Assembly: GCA_964619725.1 (NCBI GenBank)
Contig: CAZUFC010000004.1
Location: 64,001-128,000, forward strand
Reading direction: 5' to 3'
Length of the DNA stretch: 64,000 nucleotides
DNA from: an uncultured bacterium
GTDB lineage: Bacteria > CSSED10-310 > CAZUFC01
Numbering within the stretch: the first letter of the stretch is position 1; each line of letters starts with the position of its first letter. Positions 47,156 to 57,205 of the stretch are shown piece by piece. A program made the position numbers and the translations under genes. Under the pieces are notes generated by a model. That model was not told where the DNA came from. It did no database searches and worked only from the letters and a program-made list of their open reading frames with translations.

Positions 47156-49523
47156 CTTCGAAAAAAGAAAAGTATTCTATAAAAGGCTGCTCAGGCGTCT
47201 TAATTCCGTCATGCCGTCGGAGAAATGGCGCAAAAGAATCACTGCGCTTCTCACGGGATTAATCATTACGCTTATCATTATTCCTTCTCGAACCCCTTCT
47301 ATTCCTGATTTTCGAGTCGGTGAAATCGCCCCTAAAGACATTCGGTCGATATACCATTTTTCTATTGAAGATAAGGAAACGACGGAGAAAAGAAGAGACG
47401 AGTCTGCGTCAAAAGTTAGACCGATTTATGATTTCGACAGCTCGTATGCTGAAATGACGGCTGATTCTGTAAGGCAGTTCTTCAGAGAAGGCAGGATTAG
47501 GCTTGTTGAGGAAGAGAAAGTTCATGAAGAAGAACAGAGGCCGGAATCTCAACAGGAAGAAAGGCAGCAAGAGCAGATAGAGATGACCCCGGCAGCAGAT
47601 GAGGAATCCGGTGAACCCGGCGAGCAAGGTCGGGAGATTTATAAAAATTTAACGGAGAGGTATAAAATTCCGATTTCGTACGAACAGTATGAAATCATTA
47701 AATCGACTGGATTCGATCGTTTACTGGAGAACAGAATAGTTGAATTGTTGAATCTCATTTTCAATATCGGCGTAGTGGATAATAAAGCTATGTTAATTCT
47801 CGAAGGAACCGAGGGAATTAAAAAAAGAAATACTCAAACGAATTATAGGACGCGTGTTACCGATCTTGAACGTTTTCTGTCCATGGAAGAAGCTAGAAAG
47901 CGCGTGGAAAGAGAAGCCCAAAGAATATTTCCCCTGGATGATCAAAAAAGAAAGATAATCGTTGAAATGGTCACAGGTTTCCTTAAACCCAATCTTTCTC
48001 CTAATTTGGTGTTGACTAAAAAAATCAGACGGGAAGCTCGAGAAGAGGTCAGCCCAGTCTTTTTTCAGGTTAAAAAAGGAGAAATGATCGTCAGGGAAGG
48101 AGATCGCATCAATGAAGAAGATGTCGCAATTTTAAGGCATTTAAAGAAAATGAGGCAGTCAGGTAATGTTGAATTGAATTTCGCTGGATACTTTTTAGTC
48201 GTTATTCTGATATTATACGTTTTCCAGGCCATTGTCGAAAAAGTGACGGGCGAGAATAAATTTCCTGATAAAACGTTTAACGTCATTTGCGTGATCCTTG
48301 TACTGGGAATTCTGACTCCCAGGATATTCATTTTTTTATCGGAATACGTGGCTGATGCTGCAGAAAAATTTCCTTATAATTCAGTCCATTCTTATTATTT
48401 TGCAGCGCCCTATGCCCTGGGGCCATTAATAATTGGTTTTCTGGTGAATCTGCCCGTAGCGGTTATTTCATCAGTAGTCTTCGGACTGATGAATTCTCTC
48501 GCCGTTGGAACAGACCTGGAAATAGGACTTTTTGCAACAATCGGCGCTCTTTTCGGATTGCTGGGGATACCTCGATACAAACAAAGGACCGTAATTTTAT
48601 TCAGCGGTTTGCTTGTAAGTCTCGCCAATATAGGATTACTCACTGCTTTAAATCTTTCCAGAGACTTTACCTCGATTCTGTTAGGATCGTTCGAAATTTT
48701 GTGCGGAATAATAGGAGGATTGCTCACTGCTTCAATAGCGATGGTGATAATCCCCGGTCTGGAAAGTCTTTTTCAGATATCCACGGATATGCGTCTCCTG
48801 GAATTATCCAACTCAGAACATCCTCTTCTCAAAAAATTGGCGCTTGTAGCTCCGGGAACTTATCATCATAGCATTATGGTCGGCACCCTGGCTGAAGCCG
48901 CTGCGGAAAAAATCGGGGCTAATACTTTGTTGGCAAAGGTCGGAGCTTATTATCACGATATCGGTAAAATCTCCAAACCCCTTTATTTCATCGAAAATTG
49001 TCCGCATGCGAAAAGACGTCACGATAACCTCGCCTCGCACCTCAGCCGGCTGATTCTCATTTCTCACGTGAAAGAAGGCGTTGAAATGGCTAAAAAACAC
49101 AGATTGAGCAAAGAGATAATCGATATCATTCAGCAACATCACGGCACAAGTTTAATTTCTTATTTCTATCGAAAAGCGATAGAAACGGAATCGCCTAAAC
49201 AGTCTTCTGTAAAAAAAGAAGACTTTAGATATCCGGGCCCCAAGCCCAAGACCAAAGAAGCGGCTATCGTACTGTTGGCCGATTCGGTCGAAGCAGCCTT
49301 CAGAGCTCAATTTAACTCAAATCCCAATACTTTTAGGGAATTGATACGAAAAATCACTAACGAAAAATTCCTGGACAGACAGTTCGATGAAAGCAATCTT
49401 TCCTTTAAAGAGTTTACGAAAATACATGATGCGCTGTTTCAGACCTTGTTGAAGTATAATCATCAGCGAATCCCTTATCCTGAAGAACCTGCAGAGGATA
49501 AGAAGATTCAGCGAATCATATGA
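47124..49523 (+). CDS. 7TM-HD phosphohydrolase (PgpH-like c-di-AMP phosphodiesterase family)
   Basis: Large extracytoplasmic domain, 7 TM helices, APGTYHHS, YYHDIGK, HHGT, FRYPGPKP, LADSVEAA. Confidence 0.92.
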   Translation: MKNTKPKRPNSFEKRKVFYKRLLRRLNSVMPSEKWRKRITALLTGLIITLIIIPSRTPSIPDFRVGEIAPKDIRSIYHFSIEDKETTEKRRDESASKVRPIYDFDSSYAEMTADSVRQFFREGRIRLVEEEKVHEEEQRPESQQEERQQEQIEMTPAADEESGEPGEQGREIYKNLTERYKIPISYEQYEIIKSTGFDRLLENRIVELLNLIFNIGVVDNKAMLILEGTEGIKKRNTQTNYRTRVTDLERFLSMEEARKRVEREAQRIFPLDDQKRKIIVEMVTGFLKPNLSPNLVLTKKIRREAREEVSPVFFQVKKGEMIVREGDRINEEDVAILRHLKKMRQSGNVELNFAGYFLVVILILYVFQAIVEKVTGENKFPDKTFNVICVILVLGILTPRIFIFLSEYVADAAEKFPYNSVHSYYFAAPYALGPLIIGFLVNLPVAVISSVVFGLMNSLAVGTDLEIGLFATIGALFGLLGIPRYKQRTVILFSGLLVSLANIGLLTALNLSRDFTSILLGSFEILCGIIGGLLTASIAMVIIPGLESLFQISTDMRLLELSNSEHPLLKKLALVAPGTYHHSIMVGTLAEAAAEKIGANTLLAKVGAYYHDIGKISKPLYFIENCPHAKRRHDNLASHLSRLILISHVKEGVEMAKKHRLSKEIIDIIQQHHGTSLISYFYRKAIETESPKQSSVKKEDFRYPGPKPKTKEAAIVLLADSVEAAFRAQFNSNPNTFRELIRKITNEKFLDRQFDESNLSFKEFTKIHDALFQTLLKYNHQRIPYPEEPAEDKKIQRII

Positions 49524-49536
49524 GTAGATAATAATT

Positions 49537-50058
49537 GTGGACGAATCTCGAAAAATCAATTGCGTTGTCGACGTGGTGCAGGATGAAGAGAGCTTATTGA
49601 TCGATTACAAAAAATTAAAAGCATTCATCGTCGACATTGCCGGAATTTTACTTTTAGATTCCATAGAAGTCTCAATCCTTTTGACGAATGATGAACGAAT
49701 TAAAAAAATAAATTACAAATATCGAAATATAAACGAAAAAACCGATACCGTCTCTTTTCCGCAGTTTGAAAAAAATGATTTGAATCAGTTATTGAAACAA
49801 AAAGCAAACGGCCTCGAAGTGACTCCTCCGATTATCCTGGGAGACATCGTAATCTCTCTGGAAACCATAAGAAAAAGCGCAGGACCTGATTTACAAAAAT
49901 TAAACGCTGAATTCAAATTCATTCTCATTCATTCGTTTTTGCATTTGCTGGGTTATGATCATGCAGGAACAAAAGAAAGCCTTGAGATGAAACGAATGGA
50001 AAATAAATTGATCGCTGAATTAAAACATTACGACCAAATTGTAAAATCGTACTCATAA
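49537..50058 (+). CDS. ybeY: rRNA maturation endoribonuclease YbeY
   Basis: TDTVSF, LGDIVIS, HSFLHLLGYDH. Confidence 0.93.
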   Translation: MDESRKINCVVDVVQDEESLLIDYKKLKAFIVDIAGILLLDSIEVSILLTNDERIKKINYKYRNINEKTDTVSFPQFEKNDLNQLLKQKANGLEVTPPIILGDIVISLETIRKSAGPDLQKLNAEFKFILIHSFLHLLGYDHAGTKESLEMKRMENKLIAELKHYDQIVKSYS

Positions 50059-50070
50059 GGAGGGCTTTAG

Positions 50071-51342
50071 TTGGAGGATTTACACTGGTTTGTCATTCTG
50101 TTGATCCTCTCAGGAATCTTCGCATATTACGAGATGCTTTTTAAAATCTTCTCTCGCGTGAAAATACGTTCCATGTTACAGGGAGAGATAGAGGAGAGAG
50201 AAAAGAATCTGAAAGAGACATTCGATTCGAGACTGCTTCAAATTTCCGTTCAGCTCGCTTTAATTCTCGTAAACATCCCCGTCGTCATATGGTTTTTTAT
50301 TGTCGCGGAAGATTTAATAATGAAAAATACGTTTCTGTGCCGATTGACTGCTTTCGGTTCCGCTTTTATCGTTCTCGCAATCTTGAACGTATTGTTGCCG
50401 GCTGCGTTGGTAAGAAAAAAAAGGTCCCAATTCACCGCTCTGGAAATTTATTTCCTTAAATTGGTTCATTATGTTTTTTGCCTGTTCAGCAAACCCATCT
50501 GGAAAATCATTATCTGGGCTCGATCCTTGAACAGCTTTCAGGAAGACTTCGATGCCTCAAAACAGGAAATGGAAACAGAAACCATTATCGACGTCGGAGA
50601 AGAAGAAGGCTTAATAGAAGAAAATCAGAAAAAACTGATGAACAGCATAGTGGAATTCTCCGAAACGGTCGTACGAGAAATTATGGTTCCCAGAACTGAT
50701 ATGTCCTGCATAGAGGTTTCTTCAAATCTGGATGATTTCAGAAGACTAATCATTGATACGGGTTATTCGCGTTTCCCCGTGTACGAAGGTAAAATCGATC
50801 ACGTTATCGGAATCGTCAATGCCAAAAATCTGTTCGCCTATTGGGAAGCGGAAAAACAATCCGCCTCCATTAAAGACTTTATGCGGCCCCCTTACTTCAT
50901 TCCTGAAACGAAAAAAGTAACCGATCTGCTCCAGGAATTCCAAAGAGAAAAAATTCACATGGCTATCGTCGTTGATGAATACGGCGGCGTCGAAGGACTG
51001 GTTACCCTTGAGGATATACTTGAAGAAATAGTGGGCGAAATACAGGATGAATTTGATCATGAAACCGACACCTTGAAAGTGATCGATAACAACACGATTA
51101 TTGTCGATGCAAGAATCAACATTGAAGAAATTGAAGACTTTTTCTCTGTTTCCTTCCCGGAAGAGGACTATGAAACTGTAGGAGGCTTCATATTTCAGCA
51201 GACAGGAAAAGTCCCCGTGGTCGGAGAACAAATCCGCTTTAAAAGCTTGCTCTTTTCCGTGGATAAAGCCGATGACCGGCGCATTATATCCGTGAAAATA
51301 CACAAAGTCGAAAAAGTTGATGAAGTCAAAAGAAATGAATAG
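50071..51342 (+). CDS. CNNM/hemolysin-family CBS-domain transporter (CorC/HlyC)
   Basis: TM region, VREIMVPR, YSRFPVY, VVDEYGG..GLVTLEDILEEIVGEI.DE. Confidence 0.92.
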   Translation: MEDLHWFVILLILSGIFAYYEMLFKIFSRVKIRSMLQGEIEEREKNLKETFDSRLLQISVQLALILVNIPVVIWFFIVAEDLIMKNTFLCRLTAFGSAFIVLAILNVLLPAALVRKKRSQFTALEIYFLKLVHYVFCLFSKPIWKIIIWARSLNSFQEDFDASKQEMETETIIDVGEEEGLIEENQKKLMNSIVEFSETVVREIMVPRTDMSCIEVSSNLDDFRRLIIDTGYSRFPVYEGKIDHVIGIVNAKNLFAYWEAEKQSASIKDFMRPPYFIPETKKVTDLLQEFQREKIHMAIVVDEYGGVEGLVTLEDILEEIVGEIQDEFDHETDTLKVIDNNTIIVDARINIEEIEDFFSVSFPEEDYETVGGFIFQQTGKVPVVGEQIRFKSLLFSVDKADDRRIISVKIHKVEKVDEVKRNE

Positions 51343-52294
51343 CGCATCGAACGCTGATCATGATAAATCATTGCCGGAAGAGCAGCTTTTGCAAAACTCA
51401 TCAGGATTTCGATCAGGATTCATCAGCATTGTCGGCCGGACAAATGTGGGAAAATCAACCCTTCTTAATCGCATACTTGAAAAAAAAGTTTCAATAGTTT
51501 CAGATAAATCCCAAACGACAAGACGGCTGATACAAGGAATACTTACTAAAAGCAATGCCCAAATAATCTTTATCGATACCCCGGGTTTCCATAAAGCGAA
51601 ACACTCCTTGAATAAATACATGATGAAAAAAGCGGCTGAATCCGTCTCAGGTGTCGATGCCGTCGCTTATGTCATTGAACCTTATGAAAAAATCGGACCG
51701 GTCGATTCAGAAATTATCTTTCATCTTAAAAATTCCGACCTTCCCGTCTTGCTTTTAATCAATAAAATTGATCTCATTCCAAAAACCAACCTCTTGAAAA
51801 TTATCGAAAAATACAATAACGCTTTCCAGTTTAAAGAAATAATTCCCATATCTGCTCTCAAAGGTGACAACGTTTCACGCCTGGGCGAATCTCTGATCTC
51901 CACTCTCCCTCCTGGTCCCTTATACTTTCCAGAAAATACCATCACCGATCAGTCAGACCTGTTTTTCTTCTCTGAAATTATCAGAGAAAAAGCGCTTCGT
52001 TATACTTATTCAGAATTGCCGCACTGCATCGCAGTCAAAATACAAAACTGGAAACAAGACGAAAATAATAACGTCGACCTCATTAATGCCGTCATCTTCG
52101 TCGAAAAGCATTCTCAAAAAGTCATCGTCGTAGGAAAAGGCGGAAATAAAATCAAACAAATCGGTTCGGCTGCCAGGCAGGAGCTTGAGTTCTTCCTCGG
52201 CAATAAAGTTTTCCTTAAGCTTTGGGTTAAAGTAAGAAAAAATTGGCGAAATGATCAGAGCTGGATGAATATTCAAGGTATAACTGCCGTTTGA
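51317..52294 (+). CDS. era: GTPase Era
   Basis: GRTNVGKSTL, QTTR, DTPG, NKID, ISA, KH domain VVGKGG, LWVKV. Confidence 0.96.
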   Translation: MMKSKEMNSASNADHDKSLPEEQLLQNSSGFRSGFISIVGRTNVGKSTLLNRILEKKVSIVSDKSQTTRRLIQGILTKSNAQIIFIDTPGFHKAKHSLNKYMMKKAAESVSGVDAVAYVIEPYEKIGPVDSEIIFHLKNSDLPVLLLINKIDLIPKTNLLKIIEKYNNAFQFKEIIPISALKGDNVSRLGESLISTLPPGPLYFPENTITDQSDLFFFSEIIREKALRYTYSELPHCIAVKIQNWKQDENNNVDLINAVIFVEKHSQKVIVVGKGGNKIKQIGSAARQELEFFLGNKVFLKLWVKVRKNWRNDQSWMNIQGITAV

Positions 52295-52329
52295 TTTCAT
52301 AAAAAAGTTTCAAGGCTGAGCCAGGCAAA

Positions 52330-52377
52330 CCACTAGATTATGTATGCTGCTTCAATGTTCCATACTATATATCGTGT
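52330..52377. promoter_or_regulatory. Tandem NrdR-box-like palindromes
   Basis: CCACTAGATTATGTAT (52330-52345) and ATACTATATATCGTGT (52362-52377), starts 32 bp apart, versus consensus acaCwAtATaTwGtgt. Confidence 0.4.
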
Positions 52378-52447
52378 ATAAAGTTGTAAAATTTAGCTAA
52401 GTTTTTATAAAAAAAGAAAAAAATTATGCCGCAGGCTCATTTCCGGC

Positions 52448-52476
52448 TTGACAACGCCCATGAAATGGTATAGATT
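52448..52476 (+). promoter_or_regulatory. Sigma70-type promoter for mraZ
   Basis: TTGACA-17 nt-TAGATT (overlapping TGnTATAGA). Confidence 0.55.
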
Positions 52477-52584
52477 GGAATACAGAACCTGAATTTCCCA
52501 TTTATAGGCATTTCAATGTGGGGCGGGAAAGAGGTTCAATTTCCTTTACCGACAAGTCCGTTAATTTTTTCAAAGAAGGAAGCG

Positions 52585-52998
52585 ATGGCCGCATTTTTCG
52601 TGGGAACATATCGCCACGGCATTGATGAAAAAGGCAGAACATCGATACCCTCGAAATTCAGGCAGGCTGTGGAGGAAAATGCGGGGAACAAGCGATTGTA
52701 TTTATTACCCAAAGAGGAACACTTAGAGGTTTATACGAGCGATTTGCTGGAAAAGATAACGGAAGGATTCGATCCTCAGAAGTTATTCGATAAGAAGAAT
52801 TTAATTGAGATGCGCGAGAAGGCGCGAAGATATGTTGAATTGAGTTTCGACAAGCAGGGTCGCATAAGTTTGCCCGAAAATTTCAGGCAATGGTTCAAGG
52901 ATGAAGAAGAGGTTGTTTTTATTGGATGTTTTCAAATATTCGAGATATGGCCGAGCGTGAGCTGGTCGAAGAATCGAGCCGAGGGCATTGAAGAATAA
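52585..52998 (+). CDS. mraZ: Division/cell wall cluster regulator MraZ
   Basis: FVGTYRHGIDEKGRTSIP and second DKQGRISLP repeat, FIG..FEIW; ATG after an AAGGA RBS. Confidence 0.9.
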   Translation: MAAFFVGTYRHGIDEKGRTSIPSKFRQAVEENAGNKRLYLLPKEEHLEVYTSDLLEKITEGFDPQKLFDKKNLIEMREKARRYVELSFDKQGRISLPENFRQWFKDEEEVVFIGCFQIFEIWPSVSWSKNRAEGIEE

Positions 52999-53010
52999 GG
53001 GGGAATAATT

Positions 53011-54339
53011 ATGTTCAGGAGCGTATTGAGGAGGCGTCGAGAATTAAAGCTTCGTCAATTTTTAGAAAATGCTGAATTGTCATGTGAAAGGAACGTAGCC
53101 GGTTTAAGCATAGGTGACGGAGAGCTAAGCATGGCGATTTGTCGAATGCAAGATCATAAGGGGATGTATCCATTGGCTTACAGTAAAGCCAAGCTGGGCT
53201 TAGGTCGGCATTACATACCGTCGCTGGACGATATGACGGCGGCGATACAGAATTGTTTCGATCGAATCCGGATGCATTGCAGGATGAATTTCAGTCGTTT
53301 TTATCTTGGCATACCGTCCTGGGACATCAGTTATCATGAAACCGGCGTAGAGATACCGATAGAGGGAGAGGTATCCCGGATCAATGAAAAGCATGTTGAA
53401 AGGTTGATGGACAAGATAAGAAAGAATTCAATTCCTGAGAGTTATGTAGTGTTGGACATTATACCCCGTTATTTTGTTTTGGACGACAAGCGGAGTGTAA
53501 GGGATCCCGTGGGCATGCATGCGGAGAAGTTGAGTTTGCAGGCTTTATTGATATGCGCTGACGTGGGACTTGTGAATACGATATTGGAATGTCTTCAGAA
53601 ATTAGGAATCCGGGTCGATCAAATGGTATCGGCTCCAGTAGCGGCGTCAACGGGAACGTTAAGCGAGGAGGAGAGGGAAACGGGCGTTGTTCTTGTAGAT
53701 GTAGGACAGATGAGCGCTTATTGCAGCTTTCATTATCATCGTCAGATGTTCAACATAACCGCTGTCGATATGGGAGGACATCGTATTTCCGAGAACATTT
53801 CAAGGAGCATAGGTACAAGTTACTTAGAACTGGAAAGGATTGTTCAGGGTAAGGAGCAATGGATGCTTGACGATTCTGTGGATTCAAGAGCGTTTTCGGA
53901 TTCGATGACAAGATATCCTTTGAAGACTGTATCGACGTCTCAATTTCATGAGCTGATCAAATTGTCTTCAGAGGAAATGGCTTCTTTATTATTCGAGAAT
54001 TTGAATGTAGCTCAGGGACACATGGATTTTGCTACTGCCGGGATCGTCTTCATAGGAGAAAACTATCTTTCATTGAAGGGAATTTACGAGGTTACCAAGA
54101 GCCGGTTGGGTATGCCCATAAGAATCGGCAATCCTCAAAATATCAGCGAATGTCGAAACGGGTTTATCGATCCTTCTTATGTCCGTCTGTCAGGATTAAT
54201 CATGCACAGTTGGTTCAACAAATCCTTCGAGCATTACTATTTAAAGAAATACTACGAATCTCCGGTTCAATATTTACACAAGGAGTACCGGACTATTTTA
54301 AAAACGAAGTTAATCGGTTTTATTCAAAACCGTTTTTAA
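53011..54339 (+). CDS. Divergent FtsA-like protein
   Basis: SHS2/1C domain (IIPRYFVLDD..VRDPVGM..KL), LSEEERETGVVLVDVG, MGG..IS..I, GMPIRIG.P, amphipathic C-terminus; nucleotide motifs degenerate. Confidence 0.8.
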   Translation: MFRSVLRRRRELKLRQFLENAELSCERNVAGLSIGDGELSMAICRMQDHKGMYPLAYSKAKLGLGRHYIPSLDDMTAAIQNCFDRIRMHCRMNFSRFYLGIPSWDISYHETGVEIPIEGEVSRINEKHVERLMDKIRKNSIPESYVVLDIIPRYFVLDDKRSVRDPVGMHAEKLSLQALLICADVGLVNTILECLQKLGIRVDQMVSAPVAASTGTLSEEERETGVVLVDVGQMSAYCSFHYHRQMFNITAVDMGGHRISENISRSIGTSYLELERIVQGKEQWMLDDSVDSRAFSDSMTRYPLKTVSTSQFHELIKLSSEEMASLLFENLNVAQGHMDFATAGIVFIGENYLSLKGIYEVTKSRLGMPIRIGNPQNISECRNGFIDPSYVRLSGLIMHSWFNKSFEHYYLKKYYESPVQYLHKEYRTILKTKLIGFIQNRF

Positions 54340-54350
54340 AGATACGAAAT

Positions 54351-55217
54351 TTACAGGGATAAAAGTCCGCCGATTTCAGCTTTTCCGAATTTCAAAACAA
54401 CATAATTTTTGGGGAGTAACCCGTATTTTTTGAAGAAACGATAACCTTCGATGGACATAATGCGGGATATAACCAGGTCAGCGGCTTTTTTGTTTCTGGA
54501 GTAATTCGTCTTGTAAATATCTAATGTGCCGATCCGAGGGACTTTGAAGAAATCGCCGGCCAAAGGGTCAATGATATCGACTGCGGATTTGAAGATTCGG
54601 TGAAGGCTTCTCCAGCCTATACCCACATCGGCTTTTCCAGAAGAAATTTTTGCGACCATATCGATTTCATCGCGACAGAGAACTGTTTTGTCTTTAACGT
54701 CCTGGAATGAAATACCGTTTTCTTCCAGTATTTCCAGTGAAAAAGCGCCCAGATCACAGGAGTTTTTTTCGACAAGAGCGAGTCTGACGTTTTTTTCTAG
54801 GATGTCTTGTATGCGGGATATGCGGGTTGGATTGCGTTTCTTTATAATAAGCGCGGGAAGGAGGTAAACGGGCGTGGAACGTGAGGAGATGTCGATCAGT
54901 CCTTTTTCCATGAGGGGATAGTAATAATCCGGGGAGGAAGTTATCAGTATGTCGCAAGGTTTTTTTTCGGATATATTGTTGAAAATGACCGAGTTGTCAG
55001 CAGGATGAATTTTCGATTCTACGTCGGAATTGAATTGAAGCTTGCTTTGAAAATCTTCCAGAGGATACCTTGCAATGTTATCGATATAGCAGTGAATGAT
55101 GCCTGGGGGAATGACCGGCGCGATAATGCGGCTAAGAAACGGATCGCTGAAAAAAGAAAGAGACAAAAAAAACAAGCCGGAAAATAAAAAAACGATGAAA
55201 TTTTTCTTCTTTCTCAT
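54351..55217 (-). CDS. ModA-like periplasmic substrate-binding protein (no permease or ATPase adjacent)
   Basis: N-terminal hydrophobic segment, NPTRISRIQDI...LALVE...LG, GKADVGIGW, EGYRFFKKYG. Confidence 0.6.
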   Translation of the reverse strand: MRKKKNFIVFLFSGLFFLSLSFFSDPFLSRIIAPVIPPGIIHCYIDNIARYPLEDFQSKLQFNSDVESKIHPADNSVIFNNISEKKPCDILITSSPDYYYPLMEKGLIDISSRSTPVYLLPALIIKKRNPTRISRIQDILEKNVRLALVEKNSCDLGAFSLEILEENGISFQDVKDKTVLCRDEIDMVAKISSGKADVGIGWRSLHRIFKSAVDIIDPLAGDFFKVPRIGTLDIYKTNYSRNKKAADLVISRIMSIEGYRFFKKYGLLPKNYVVLKFGKAEIGGLLSL

Positions 55218-55257
55218 AATATTTAGAGCAATTCAGAAGAAAATCCTAAGTTTTCGT

Positions 55258-55842
55258 TCAGATGAAATCTCTAAAGAGTTCCGGACGAGGACCAGGAATA
55301 ACTACTTTATTGACGAGGACGCCTCTTGCGCCGGCAAGTTCAGCCCCGGCGTTTATTGAAGACTGCACGGCGGCCACATCTCCGGTCAGCAACAAATACC
55401 CTTTTCCGCCGATAGCCATGCAAACGTGAACCCGGAAAAGTTTAACCATGGCAGCTTTTGCTGCAGCATCTGCGCTTTCGATGATGGAGGCGGCCGAGAA
55501 GGTTTCAATGATACCCAGAGCCTTCATATCTTCCAGTTCCAGAAGTGAAGTACAGGTGATGGCCGGAAAAATATCCGGATGAACATTCGGAATAACAAGG
55601 CTTTCAATGATCTCAGCTCCTCCGGTTTGAACGCCTGCTCTGACTGAAGACTCTACCGGACCCACCATTCCGCCCACAATAACGATATATTTTCCGGAAC
55701 AAACCGTACGGGCTGTAATAAGCGTAACTTCAGCGGCTTTAAGCATGGCATCTTCTGATTCATAACCGGCAGCAATACTTGATAATTCAATCATACCGAT
55801 CGCTGTAAGCGAATATCCCTTCGTTTCACTCTCATTTCTCAA
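55258..55842 (-). CDS. pduT: Tandem-domain BMC shell protein (BMC-T, PduT-like)
   Basis: AIGMIELSSIAAG..DAMLKAA, TVCSGKY (Fe-S ligand Cys position), second domain ALGIIETFS..ADAAAKAA..IGGKGY. Confidence 0.88.
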   Translation of the reverse strand: MRNESETKGYSLTAIGMIELSSIAAGYESEDAMLKAAEVTLITARTVCSGKYIVIVGGMVGPVESSVRAGVQTGGAEIIESLVIPNVHPDIFPAITCTSLLELEDMKALGIIETFSAASIIESADAAAKAAMVKLFRVHVCMAIGGKGYLLLTGDVAAVQSSINAGAELAGARGVLVNKVVIPGPRPELFRDFI

Positions 55843-57181
55843 TTCTAATCTCCTTGTTGTCGATATGAACTACTTTTCCAGAAATTGATGCGTGAACAGG
55901 CGCTCCCAGTGCATCGGCGGGAACATCGGCAATTAATTGCCCTTCCTTTACCGTGTCGTTCTTTTTTACTATGGCTTGAGCAGCAACGCCTATGTGCATT
56001 TTCAGGGGCAGAACGACACGGTCGCATTCCATCTTGTGCTTCATCAGCGGTCCTGTATTTGAATAATCCGCCAAGCCCAATTGTTGAATAATCTTCTTCA
56101 AAGGAGCGCGTCTTTGCTTGATCAAGGGGTGAGGTTCCGAAAGCGGATAGCTCTGTTCGTATTTTAAGCCTGCATTCTGCGCTTCTTCTTTGAACATTAT
56201 ACTTACATTGCGCGGGTCCAGGTTTTCAGGACAAGAGAACATGCTGCACAAATTACAACCGCTGCAAAACAGATTGTGAGCCGTGTAACCTTTCTCCCAT
56301 CCTTTAAACATTAGAGCACGCATAGATAAATGGGGTTGAATGGGATGTCCGACAAGATATCGGGGACATAGCTGAGTACAAAAAACGCATTGATCGCATG
56401 CTGATTGACTTAATTTCCTCGAATGCTCCAGCGGTCTTCGGTACCTCCGTATCAGCGGATGATCGACTGGAAAAACCAGAATAGCTCCGCATGTTTTGGT
56501 TACGGGTGTCGCCGCATCTTCCACCAGATTGCCCATCATCACGCCGTCGGATAGAATTTCATACGGTTCGTCCAGGTTCAAACTACCAGCAAATTTCAGG
56601 ACATCCTCCATGAGCATTCCCAGCGGCACTTCCACGGTAAATGGATTTTCCACCGCGCCGCCCACGGTCAGAAACTTCGAAGTGACAGGAACATTCCTGC
56701 TTACGTTGTATACCGTCTCCACATTCTGGACGATCGCACCGACATCAATGGGCAAACCTCCCGGCGGAATAGCTTTACCCAGGATTTCATGTACCATGAT
56801 GACTTCATCGCCTGCAGGATAAAAATCATCAAAAGGATAAATCTCCATCTCATCGGGAATCATCGCTTCAAGCTTTTCTATCAGTTCCTCGTTTTTTTTC
56901 TTTATTCCCAGCACAGACCTGGAAGCTCCCACCATGCTTTGTATGGTCATCATCCCAGATAAGACCTCCAGCATGTAATTTTCCAGTATCTGCTTGTCTT
57001 TATGCAGAAGCGGTTCGCACTCAGCCGCGTTTAATATCAGGACATCAGCCCAGTTTCGCAGCTTGGCGTAAGTCGGAAAACCAGCCCCGCCGGCTCCGAC
57101 GATTCCATTTTTGCGTATTGATTCGACGGTAACTTCCGGATTTGTCGAAACTCTCTCTGCGCCTTCTATTCTATTCATCAT
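55832..57181 (-). CDS. pduS: PduS/RnfC-like flavin and 4Fe-4S oxidoreductase
   Basis: GIVGAGGAGFPT, NAAECEPLL, YPAGDE, SLBB domain, CDQCVFCTQLCP, CSGCNLC...CP, HASISG. Confidence 0.85.
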   Translation of the reverse strand: MMNRIEGAERVSTNPEVTVESIRKNGIVGAGGAGFPTYAKLRNWADVLILNAAECEPLLHKDKQILENYMLEVLSGMMTIQSMVGASRSVLGIKKKNEELIEKLEAMIPDEMEIYPFDDFYPAGDEVIMVHEILGKAIPPGGLPIDVGAIVQNVETVYNVSRNVPVTSKFLTVGGAVENPFTVEVPLGMLMEDVLKFAGSLNLDEPYEILSDGVMMGNLVEDAATPVTKTCGAILVFPVDHPLIRRYRRPLEHSRKLSQSACDQCVFCTQLCPRYLVGHPIQPHLSMRALMFKGWEKGYTAHNLFCSGCNLCSMFSCPENLDPRNVSIMFKEEAQNAGLKYEQSYPLSEPHPLIKQRRAPLKKIIQQLGLADYSNTGPLMKHKMECDRVVLPLKMHIGVAAQAIVKKNDTVKEGQLIADVPADALGAPVHASISGKVVHIDNKEIRIEK

Positions 57182-57205
57182 TACTTTCAGTATTTCCCGC
57201 TCAAA

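Noticed and set aside
44243-52294. aspS-phoH-7TM HD-ybeY-CBS-era cluster as a novelty
   Set aside because: The phoH to era run is a widely conserved housekeeping arrangement
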